Position numbers and translations under genes: made by a program
DNA from: an uncultured virus (IMG/VR IMGVR_UViG_3300025769_000102)
Lineage: Duplodnaviria; Heunggongvirae; Uroviricota; Caudoviricetes
Virus record (IMG/VR): IMGVR_UViG_3300025769_000102
Length of the DNA: 20,000 bases
Direction: 5' to 3' (one strand)
Shown here: in pieces, positions 9,548-16,787 of the stretch
Numbering within the stretch: the stretch's first letter is position 1
How the letters are laid out: each line of letters starts with the position of its first letter
Notes under the pieces: model-generated
Databases searched by the model: none
The model's input: the letters and a program-made list of their open reading frames with translations, nothing else
Told to the model about the DNA's origin: nothing

Positions 9548-10088
9548 AGCTTCCAACGATATTAATAAATTTCATACAATATAATAATTCCCCATCTATA
9601 ATAAACTCAAACTCAGATTCAGGTCTAAATGAAACAAGGTCTCCCTCATTTATACCTAAGTTTGTTAGTCCTTTGTTGCCATACTTTAAAATACCTATAA
9701 GTGGTTTTTCTTTTGTTAAAGAAAATATACTATCACTTTGTATTGGCTTTACGAAACAATAATTAAGATGAGTCTTATTTTTTCCATACATATATATTTG
9801 CTCAGGTGAACAAGCATACATATCTTCTTTAATGAAGCTTCTACTATTTTTTTCGTTCCCTCTAATGTCATAGAATCTTCTAAATACGTTATGGTGTACT
9901 ACTACTTTATCTCCAACTTTAATGTCAGTTTTTATAGATAAAGGCAAAGCGACAACTTCTGCCACCTTGCTTACACTTTTAAATTCCTCAATTCTTGTAT
10001 TTATAATGAGGTCAACATCGTCAACCTTAACAGTATTATTGTATCGACCCTCTATGGGTTTTACGATAAAATCGTGAATACTTTTCAT
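9489..10088 (-). CDS. Co-chaperonin-like protein with two tandem GroES/Cpn10-like domains, 199 aa
   Basis: Domain 1: DFIVKP...AEVVALP...DIKVGDKVVVHH. Domain 2: YCFVKP...GILKYG...GINEGDLVSFRPESEFEFIIDGELLYCMKFINIVG. Both match the GroES pattern (vlvkp...g.Vvavg...vkvGD.V.f.....e...dgeey.i....dil). Confidence 0.7.
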   Translation of the reverse strand: MKSIHDFIVKPIEGRYNNTVKVDDVDLIINTRIEEFKSVSKVAEVVALPLSIKTDIKVGDKVVVHHNVFRRFYDIRGNEKNSRSFIKEDMYACSPEQIYMYGKNKTHLNYCFVKPIQSDSIFSLTKEKPLIGILKYGNKGLTNLGINEGDLVSFRPESEFEFIIDGELLYCMKFINIVGSYERKGDEREYNPSWAKSSS

Positions 10089-10315
10089 TAATACTGCAAG
10101 TCATATTCAACAGATATTGCCATATTAGAATTAAACTTTTTCCAAGGCAATGTTTCTTTTTCTTTTTGAATATAGATGTTATAAGAGTTATCTTTCTCAT
10201 TGAAAAGAATATCAGATATTTCGTGACCACCATACACCTGCTGTCCAACAGAGTAGTGCATAGCGTCATTTTTGTAATCAGACCCTATGCTGATTTTTCT
10301 TATAACATTACTCAT
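10088..10315 (-). CDS. Small beta-rich hypothetical protein, 75 aa
   Basis: ORF coupled to both neighbours by TAATG overlaps; sequence IRKISIGSDYKNDAMHYSVGQ. Confidence 0.75.
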   Translation of the reverse strand: MSNVIRKISIGSDYKNDAMHYSVGQQVYGGHEISDILFNEKDNSYNIYIQKEKETLPWKKFNSNMAISVEYDLQY

Positions 10316-10554
10316 TATTCCTTAATTGTATCTTCAACCTCGGAGTAACTTCCATCGTCAAGATTAATATTTACACGACCATACTTTTCTTCAAGTTTGG
10401 TTTTTGTTTCTTCGACTTCTTGATTTACATCAAGCATTACGACCATAACCTCGTGCTTCCTAAGCTCTAGTGTTCCGATGTCTTGTTTAATTTGAGCAAT
10501 TTTTGTTTGTTGCTCTCTGATAAGCTCTAGCTCTTCATCTGTAATTCTATTCAT
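10315..10554 (-). CDS. Small coiled-coil hypothetical protein, 79 aa
   Basis: Long amphipathic helix followed by 'LEEKYGRVNINLDDGSY'; TAATG overlap with the next gene. Confidence 0.75.
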   Translation of the reverse strand: MNRITDEELELIREQQTKIAQIKQDIGTLELRKHEVMVVMLDVNQEVEETKTKLEEKYGRVNINLDDGSYSEVEDTIKE

Positions 10555-10579
10555 ATTAAATTAAATTTGATTCTTACTC
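10555..10579 (-). promoter_or_regulatory. Copy 1 of a 25-bp upstream motif GAGTAA(G/C)AATC(A/T)AATTTAATTTAAT
   Basis: 23/25 identical to 16445-16469; lies immediately 5' of the ATG at 10554. Confidence 0.55.
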
Positions 10580-10602
10580 TTTTTATAATTACTTATTTTT
10601 TA

Positions 10603-11046
10603 TTATTTTTCTGCTGATGTCCCATAATAGTAGGCAAATATGTTTGAAATTACCACACCTTCAACCATACCCATTAAATGTACAAAGAGTTCGTTATGTA
10701 AAACTCCTTCCTCGTAAACTACTGCGTATATGATAAATAAGAAAGAAGCTAACCCAACGATACCTGTAAGCATCATCATAGTATCTTTCCCACCTGCCTT
10801 TTTAACTTCAACCTCTCTATTTCTAGCAGATTCTCTATCCTTTACTTCTAACTCATACATTTCTTTAGTTTGAGCTAAAGCTTCTTTTTTGTCTTCTGGG
10901 CTAATCTTTTCGTCTTTCTCTACAAGGTTTTTAACAATGCCTAAAACACCTGCGTCTGGTAATAAGTCTCCAGCTATATCTAATATATGTGGAGCAGTCT
11001 TACCTAAAAACTTACCTAACTTTGTATCTTTAAATTTCTTAGACAT
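10603..11046 (-). CDS. Putative holin (3TM / GTA-holin-like), 147 aa
   Basis: 'LEVKDRESARNRE' motif, then two hydrophobic helices (MMMLTGIVGLASFLFIIYAVVY; LFVHLMGMVEGVVISNIFAYYYG), ending in YYYGTS as in this holin-like family. Confidence 0.6.
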   Translation of the reverse strand: MSKKFKDTKLGKFLGKTAPHILDIAGDLLPDAGVLGIVKNLVEKDEKISPEDKKEALAQTKEMYELEVKDRESARNREVEVKKAGGKDTMMMLTGIVGLASFLFIIYAVVYEEGVLHNELFVHLMGMVEGVVISNIFAYYYGTSAEK

Positions 11047-11389
11047 TGTATTTTTTATCTTTATATTTAGTTTTAGATTTCTTATAAGCCTCTGCTTCCC
11101 AAGGAGAATTAGATGGACTTGCCATAGCTATCTTAGGATTATTCTTTGAGTACTTCTTACCCTTCCAATAAATGTTCTTATCATCATAATCTAAGTCACC
11201 TCGTGACATTTGATTTATGTGGACTTTTTCGTGCCTAATAACCTCATCGTGAAACTTAGGGTCTAGCTTCTCATTTATTATGATAGTGCCGTTGTTATTA
11301 CTTTGCCCAAGAACACCTTCCCCCAAGTCTGCTTGATAGACTGGAGTCGGTTCGTTCTTATATGGTGGGTTAGATAGCTTAAACGCCAT
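11039..11389 (-). CDS. Small zincin-like metallopeptidase, 116 aa
   Basis: GVLG...GTIIIN...VIRHEKVHINQ (HExxH), plus downstream PWEAEAY providing a candidate third zinc ligand. Confidence 0.7.
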   Translation of the reverse strand: MAFKLSNPPYKNEPTPVYQADLGEGVLGQSNNNGTIIINEKLDPKFHDEVIRHEKVHINQMSRGDLDYDDKNIYWKGKKYSKNNPKIAMASPSNSPWEAEAYKKSKTKYKDKKYNV

Positions 11390-11757
11390 TATCTTTTCAT
11401 ATGTTTACCTACTTGGCTTCCACACATTTTTAGTTCACTACCTTTCATCATTGGCTTGTCATAAGAACCCATAGAGGTTCCTGCCATATTAATGTTTGAA
11501 GGGAAAAAGTCATTAAAAGTTTTTGGAGGATTTTCTTGTGCCTTTTTACTTTTGATAACTTGTTCTTTAAAATTTTGCTCTGCCTTATTTTTTATTTTTG
11601 ACGAATCCCCTATTGTGTTGTCTTGCGTAACCGTGCCGTTTAATAAAATTGACCGATTAATTTGATGTCTTGGATATTCCGCAGCTTTAGATGCACTTCG
11701 AACTTTATTTCTAAAGCCTGGTTTTAGTTGAACTTTATTTTTTGTTTTTTGTTCCAT
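11389..11757 (-). CDS. Basic hypothetical protein, 122 aa
   Basis: K/N-rich ORF with TAATG overlap to the zincin gene; no recognisable domain. Confidence 0.6.
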   Translation of the reverse strand: MEQKTKNKVQLKPGFRNKVRSASKAAEYPRHQINRSILLNGTVTQDNTIGDSSKIKNKAEQNFKEQVIKSKKAQENPPKTFNDFFPSNINMAGTSMGSYDKPMMKGSELKMCGSQVGKHMKR

Positions 11758-11776
11758 TTCTATATATGTTTATTGT

Positions 11777-12052
11777 TTACCATTTAACTTTATCCGCCCA
11801 GTAAGCAGCAGACATTTTACCTTTAGCTATATTCTTTCCGTGTCTAGCCTTAAAACTTTTTCTCTTAGCTTTCATCTTAGCAGACTCTCCAGCTTTTGGC
11901 TTTCCTGCCGTACTAGCACCCTGCTGACCAAACCTAATTATCTTTTCTTTTCCACCCTCACAAGCCTTTACAACGTGAGACTTCTTAGGGTGTCCAGATG
12001 TTCTCTTTGGCTTATTACAAGCCATATCTTTCTTACTTACCTTCTTTGCCAT
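11777..12052 (-). CDS. Small, highly basic conserved-type viral protein, 91 aa
   Basis: Motifs KIIRFGQQG...KRKSFKARH...SAAYWADKVKW, a pattern I recognise from small viral proteins of unknown function. Confidence 0.75.
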   Translation of the reverse strand: MAKKVSKKDMACNKPKRTSGHPKKSHVVKACEGGKEKIIRFGQQGASTAGKPKAGESAKMKAKRKSFKARHGKNIAKGKMSAAYWADKVKW

Positions 12053-12513
12053 TATATTACAATATAAACAGTTCTACCATTTTCCTTTACAGCTCTTAAA
12101 CACCTGTTTCTATTTTTATCTTCTGATACATAAGAAACGTGCACCCAATCAGGATTCTCATCGTCACCAAATTCCCATATCATTTGGTCAAAGCTAAGGT
12201 TGTCCTTAATAAACTTATACATATCTGCGTTTGACATATGACCGTAAGAGTCATCTAAGTCAAAAGCTTCTCCTTTACAGTGCTGAGACGTACCACTTCC
12301 ACCTACTGCTTTATTTAGTTCCTTAGACCTAAAGAAGCTATTAATGCGTATAGGGCCATTTACAGCCTCTCTAAGAGGCTCAAATACATTTTTGGATATA
12401 GACTTCATTCTCTTTAAATCAAACTTAGTAGGGGTGTTCTCTATGCCTAATCTTTTAGCAGTAGAACTTCTAACAGCCTCCTTGTATGATATGTGTTCAC
12501 TAATCTTTTCCAT
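12052..12513 (-). CDS. Peptidase M15 (M15A-like Zn D-Ala-D-Ala / L-Ala-D-Glu peptidase), probable endolysin
   Basis: FEPLRE...PIRINSFFRS..LNKAVGGSGTSQHCKGEAFD (SxHxxGxAxD) and WVHVSY zinc motifs. Confidence 0.88.
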   Translation of the reverse strand: MEKISEHISYKEAVRSSTAKRLGIENTPTKFDLKRMKSISKNVFEPLREAVNGPIRINSFFRSKELNKAVGGSGTSQHCKGEAFDLDDSYGHMSNADMYKFIKDNLSFDQMIWEFGDDENPDWVHVSYVSEDKNRNRCLRAVKENGRTVYIVI

Positions 12514-12664
12514 CTTTGTATTTTTTAATAGCAGATAGCCACTTAAAAATAGTGTAACCTATTGTGACAACTAATAAAAGTATTTTAAGTATGACTTCTA
12601 TGTCTGACATAGTTATCATCATTACTAATGCATTAGCAACGTAGAGCTTTAAGTCTGCCGCCAT
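12500..12664 (-). CDS. Small membrane protein, holin-like, 54 aa (below ORF-track cutoff)
   Basis: ATG 12664 to TAG 12500: MAADLKLYVANALVMMITMSDIEVILKILLLVVTIGYTIFKWLSAIKKYKDGKD. One or two hydrophobic helices and a charged tail; fills the gap and overlaps the endolysin start. Confidence 0.75.
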   Translation of the reverse strand: MAADLKLYVANALVMMITMSDIEVILKILLLVVTIGYTIFKWLSAIKKYKDGKD

Positions 12665-12667
12665 TAC

Positions 12668-12877
12668 TTAAAACTTGAATCCCTTTGCTTTTTCTGTAAT
12701 AGGTCCTGGCTGGTATGCTGGCATATTTTTAGCTAGTAACTGAATACCCTTACATCCACTACTTGAGCCATACCCTCTTGGCATATTATCCATATTTAAT
12801 GGACCATTCCAAATTGCGTCAAACCCTTGCTCTTCTGCGTAAGGTCTTTTTGTTTCTACCATCTTCTTGCTTTTCAT
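12668..12877 (-). CDS. Hypothetical protein, 69 aa
   Basis: Tightly packed ORF (QGFDAIWNGPLNMDNMPRGYGSSSG); no known domain. Confidence 0.7.
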   Translation of the reverse strand: MKSKKMVETKRPYAEEQGFDAIWNGPLNMDNMPRGYGSSSGCKGIQLLAKNMPAYQPGPITEKAKGFKF

Positions 12878-12887
12878 AGTTTTGTTT

Positions 12888-13139
12888 TTAGTAACCTCTA
12901 GCTACATCACTACCGTATGTGTAGTCAGCAACTGATTTGGTTGTTGGTGAAAAATTGTTAGCTGTTGGAACTACTGGTGGAATTACAGCAGGGTCTGTTG
13001 TTGGCATCATAGGATTGGTAGCCATAGGGCCTTGAACGGCAGGACCCATAGGATTCATACCTAACACCTGTAGCTCTTGTGGGGTTGCCCCTTCTAAATT
13101 AGATGCTGTAGCACCTAGTTGATTGAGTATATTTTTCAT
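12888..13139 (-). CDS. Pro/Met-rich low-complexity hypothetical protein, 83 aa
   Basis: Tightly packed ORF with disordered composition (MNPMGPAVQGPMATNPMMP). Confidence 0.65.
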   Translation of the reverse strand: MKNILNQLGATASNLEGATPQELQVLGMNPMGPAVQGPMATNPMMPTTDPAVIPPVVPTANNFSPTTKSVADYTYGSDVARGY

Positions 13140-13140
13140 A

Positions 13141-14181
13141 TTACTTTTTGTATTTGTTTTTTCTTAACATTCCTTTATTAAATCCGTCTCCTGTCATTTG
13201 AAATCCAAAAAATTCTCTAGGAGTTGGTATCTTATCAAAAGAAAAATTAGGAAAATCTTCACGAATCCAATCTCCAGTTGCTTTCTTAACTTTTTGAACC
13301 GTTCTATCCAAATAAGAAGAAGGGTTAAAATCGTATTGGTCTTTAGTTTTACCTTTAACTTTAGTAGCTTGATTTGCATTTGGACTAAACAGTTGAATCT
13401 TCTTAGCTAATGTTGGGTCTATTATAACTTGAGAATTATTTTTAACTACATTTTCTGGCTTTTGTGCTCCTTTTTTTATAGCTTTATCTCTATCTGGATT
13501 AAATTTAACAAAAGTGTCTTGGAAAAAATCTCCTGTTTTTATACCTGAATCTATTTTTGGTAAATCTGCTCCTTTAAACCCTTTTGTAAGACCTTCACCA
13601 TCAAAATTGCTAGAGCCTTTCTTTTGAAATTCTTTATGTTCTTTTTTAGCAGCTCTTTTTACTTTTTGTTTTTTGCTTGAAGCTTTTGATGATGCTGAAA
13701 TATTTTGTATTGTTCCGATTAATAAAGAATTAAAATCTGTTCCTGCTAGTTCAGCTTTTTTAAAGCTTGTATCAACATCTTTTGCAGCTTCTTTTCCTAC
13801 TGCTCTTGCTTCCTTTCTTTGAGACTTTTTATATCCTCTTTCTCCTCCCTCATTAATATAAGTACCTATTGATTTGGCTTGTTTTTTATAAGCTTTATCA
13901 CTTTGTTTTTTATCGGAATTTTCTTTTGGAGAGCTAGTAGGTAATAAATTAGAAGTTGTTGTAATTTTTCCATTAAAACTTGTTGGAATAATTTTACTTC
14001 CAAACTCACCTTTACGGTCTCCAAATCCAGAAACCCCAACTGTTGGTGTTTGTTTATTAGTAGTACTTACTTTATTTTTTTTTGGATTAGAGTCAGTATA
14101 CTTATTAAGCTCTTGTTTTAATTTGTAATTAACATCTAAACCAGAAGCTTGGTTTATCATTGATTTTGTTTTATAACCCAT
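13141..14181 (-). CDS. Lys-rich, probably disordered hypothetical protein, 346 aa
   Basis: Long ORF rich in K/S/T, with little hydrophobic core and an 11-nt overlap with the upstream gene. Confidence 0.75.
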   Translation of the reverse strand: MGYKTKSMINQASGLDVNYKLKQELNKYTDSNPKKNKVSTTNKQTPTVGVSGFGDRKGEFGSKIIPTSFNGKITTTSNLLPTSSPKENSDKKQSDKAYKKQAKSIGTYINEGGERGYKKSQRKEARAVGKEAAKDVDTSFKKAELAGTDFNSLLIGTIQNISASSKASSKKQKVKRAAKKEHKEFQKKGSSNFDGEGLTKGFKGADLPKIDSGIKTGDFFQDTFVKFNPDRDKAIKKGAQKPENVVKNNSQVIIDPTLAKKIQLFSPNANQATKVKGKTKDQYDFNPSSYLDRTVQKVKKATGDWIREDFPNFSFDKIPTPREFFGFQMTGDGFNKGMLRKNKYKK

Positions 14182-14635
14182 TGTTTATTGTTTTATCTTT
14201 ATTAACGTCTTTTATTGATTTTATAAGAACTTTATCTGTGTAGGTCGCCCCTTTCATTATACTATTACGTCTTGTACTTGTTGGTATGTCTTCCTCTCCA
14301 ACCATTATCTTGTAGATTCTATTGATGAGGTTCTTACCCTTGAATGATACCTTGTAGATATTCTTCTTAGTGTTAACTCTATCTCTCTTTGAGAATACTG
14401 TCAACCAACCACCATCCATAAGCCTAGACCACCTTGCACTATCCCAACTGTGTGAGTACTGACCATCTATAAAGTCTAACCTATTAAATAGACCAACGCA
14501 ATCTAAGTATATTAGTATCTCTAAGTCTGTTGTACTAATATCGTTATTCTTCGCTGCCCACTTTCTAATAACTCTGTAGTGCTTAAGTATGCTTAAGTCT
14601 CTTAAGTCGGAGTACTCTAACTTTCCACCTCTCAT
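14171..14635 (-). CDS. Putative winged-helix (MarR-like) DNA-binding protein, 154 aa
   Basis: ISTTDLEILIYL...RWSRLMDGGWLTV...IYKVSFKGKNLINRIY follows the MarR/wHTH pattern (L...G.i......y.lt.kG). Confidence 0.55.
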   Translation of the reverse strand: MRGGKLEYSDLRDLSILKHYRVIRKWAAKNNDISTTDLEILIYLDCVGLFNRLDFIDGQYSHSWDSARWSRLMDGGWLTVFSKRDRVNTKKNIYKVSFKGKNLINRIYKIMVGEEDIPTSTRRNSIMKGATYTDKVLIKSIKDVNKDKTINNGL

Positions 14636-14895
14636 TATAAAACAACTACTACGTCAAACTCCTTGATTACTTTGTAAATTACCTTGTCAATCTCCATATC
14701 AAACCCTGCGTGTCTGTCGTAATAAATGGTATCCCCATCTTGCACTCCTTCAACTAATGTTCCTATGGTTTTTACTTTAGCCTCTCTGTATCTTATATCT
14801 TCTCTGTGACTCTCTCCTAAAATTAAACCACCTTTTGTAGATACTTCGTTTTCCTTTACAGGCTCTATCAACATATACTTTCCTACTGCCTTCAT
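14635..14895 (-). CDS. groES: Co-chaperonin GroES (Cpn10), 86 aa
   Basis: MKAVGKYMLIEP, mobile loop STKGGLIL, AKVKTIG, VQDGDTIYYD, and C-terminal VIKEFDVVVVL. Confidence 0.92.
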   Translation of the reverse strand: MKAVGKYMLIEPVKENEVSTKGGLILGESHREDIRYREAKVKTIGTLVEGVQDGDTIYYDRHAGFDMEIDKVIYKVIKEFDVVVVL

Positions 14896-16433
14896 TATGC
14901 TCTTAAGTTATTAATTACACAATCAGTTGCAAGTATCGTATTAGCTACAGATGCCGCATTTTTTAATGCACTCTTTGTAACAAGTAGTGGGTCAATAATT
15001 CCTGCCTTAATCATATTGACTATTTCTCCCGTAACTACATTGTACCCACGTCCTTTTTTAGTAGGGCATTCAAACTTAGTGATACCAGCATTGGACATTA
15101 TAACTTCAAATGGAGCTTGAATAGCCTTTAGAAGTATTTCTTCTCCTATGTTAGATGGGGTTACCTTATCACTAGCGTTAAGTAATGCAATTCCACCACC
15201 TGGAAGTATACCTTCCTTAATAGCAGCTTTAGTAGCACAAATAGAATCCTCTACTCTGTCAGCTTTTTCTTTTAACTCAACTTCTGAGTTTGCCCCAACT
15301 TTAATTACACCAACCTTACCAGCTAGTCTTGACAACCTTTTTTCAAGCAAGTGTTTCTTACCATTAATCTTTGTTGTCTTAAGTTCTTTTTTAATCTGCT
15401 TGATTAGAGCCTTTGTGTCGTCATTAATCTCCTCTACTTGGATGATAGTATCATCTTGTGTAGTAATGGCCTTTAAGCAGGTTCCTAGGTGGCTTACGTC
15501 AATTAAATCCATATCGTCACCTAAGTCCTCATTTATTACAGTTGCTCCAGTCAATGCAGCAAAGTCTTGTAATGTTTGCTTTTTATTAATACCGTAGTCA
15601 GGTGCGTCAATGATATTAGCTTTAATGTTACCCTTAGATACGTTCATTGAAATCGCTGTAACTAGCTGTTCATCGGCATCTCCGATAATTAGTAGTTCCT
15701 TGTTATTCTTAATAACGTACTCAAGAATACTTTGTACCTTTCTTACGTTAGGTATCTTGCTTTCTACAATTAATACAAGTGGGTTATTTAACTCACAAGT
15801 ACCTTTCTCTTTGTTATTAATAAAGTGGTGATTCTTTAATCCTTTATCAATTGAAGCCCCATCAACTATCTCTGCCGATGTTTCCTCGTCATTAGATATT
15901 TCCATACTAACAACACCATTCTCTCCTACATCCTCAAAAGCCTTAGCTATAATTTTACCTAAGCTAGAGTCGTTGTTAGAAGATATTGTAGCAACCTGCT
16001 TTAGCATATCGCCACTAACTTCAACTGATTCGCCCTCTAAGTACTTAACGACCTTTTCAACTGCTGAGTTAATACCATCTCTGATTTCTCTTGAGTTGTA
16101 GTTGTCTGTTGCAAATGCCTCTTTTAATATAGAGTGTGCTAGTACTGTAGCAGTAGTTGTTCCATCCCCTGCTTCTTTAACAGTTTGTCTAGCTGCTTCC
16201 TTTAAAAGCGTTGCACCCATATTTTCAACAGGGTCTAGAAGTATAACTGAATTTGCTACAGTTACCCCATCCTTTGTGATTAGTGGTTTGCCAGATGAGT
16301 CCTCAAGCATTACACACTTACCGCTAGCTCCTAATGTGGAACTAACGGCTCGTGTTAATTTTGATACACCTTCAAACACTTTATTTTTACCTTCGTCTCC
16401 GAAGTTTAAGTTCTTAACGATTTCGTTAGACAT
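14895..16433 (-). CDS. groEL: Chaperonin GroEL (Cpn60), phage-encoded, 512 aa
   Basis: ITKDGVTVA, ENMGATLLKE, AGDGTTTATVLA, VGANSEVELKEKADRVED, EGILPGGG, AGIIDP motifs. No C-terminal GGM tail. Confidence 0.97.
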   Translation of the reverse strand: MSNEIVKNLNFGDEGKNKVFEGVSKLTRAVSSTLGASGKCVMLEDSSGKPLITKDGVTVANSVILLDPVENMGATLLKEAARQTVKEAGDGTTTATVLAHSILKEAFATDNYNSREIRDGINSAVEKVVKYLEGESVEVSGDMLKQVATISSNNDSSLGKIIAKAFEDVGENGVVSMEISNDEETSAEIVDGASIDKGLKNHHFINNKEKGTCELNNPLVLIVESKIPNVRKVQSILEYVIKNNKELLIIGDADEQLVTAISMNVSKGNIKANIIDAPDYGINKKQTLQDFAALTGATVINEDLGDDMDLIDVSHLGTCLKAITTQDDTIIQVEEINDDTKALIKQIKKELKTTKINGKKHLLEKRLSRLAGKVGVIKVGANSEVELKEKADRVEDSICATKAAIKEGILPGGGIALLNASDKVTPSNIGEEILLKAIQAPFEVIMSNAGITKFECPTKKGRGYNVVTGEIVNMIKAGIIDPLLVTKSALKNAASVANTILATDCVINNLRA

Positions 16434-16444
16434 AATTATATTGA

Positions 16445-16469
16445 ATTAAATTAAATTAGATTGTTACTC
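16445..16469 (-). promoter_or_regulatory. Copy 2 of the 25-bp upstream motif, 5' of groEL
   Basis: 23/25 identical to 10555-10579; ends 11 nt before the groEL ATG. Confidence 0.55.
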
Positions 16470-16493
16470 CTTTAACCTAGAGTTTAGGTTTTA

Positions 16494-16742
16494 CTATGCT
16501 CCTGTGAATGTAACTAGTGTACCTGGAGTTCCACTTACAGTACATACTTTTATCGTACCATCAAAAAAGTACATATCGCCAGCAATGTTTGATTCAGGTT
16601 CTTCTGTTACAATTTTGATAAACCCTGCGATGTCATTGATTTTTACACCTTGGTTGTTTGTTCTTGTGTTTTTTGGTTGTAAGTCTGTTCCACTATCGAA
16701 ACCACTAAATACCGTGTCTAAGTTAATTACTTCGTTTGCCAT
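16494..16742 (-). CDS. Small hypothetical protein, possibly virion decoration/fibre-like, 82 aa
   Basis: ORF with an A-rich leader. C-terminal EPESNIAGDMYFFDGTIKVCTVSGTPGT resembles beta-repeat knobs of fibres and decoration proteins. Confidence 0.6.
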   Translation of the reverse strand: MANEVINLDTVFSGFDSGTDLQPKNTRTNNQGVKINDIAGFIKIVTEEPESNIAGDMYFFDGTIKVCTVSGTPGTLVTFTGA

Positions 16743-16787
16743 TTTTTTTATTTGTTATTTTTGTTACTATTATTATTACTTGTTTTT

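Noticed and set aside
10562..10569. TAAATTTG matching the Bacteroidota -7 promoter consensus on the plus strand
   Set aside because: Antisense to all genes, no properly spaced -33 TTTG, and the second motif copy at 16445 lacks it.
16467..16472. AAGGAG (SD-like) upstream of groEL
   Set aside because: More than 30 nt from the groEL ATG, too far to act as a ribosome-binding site.
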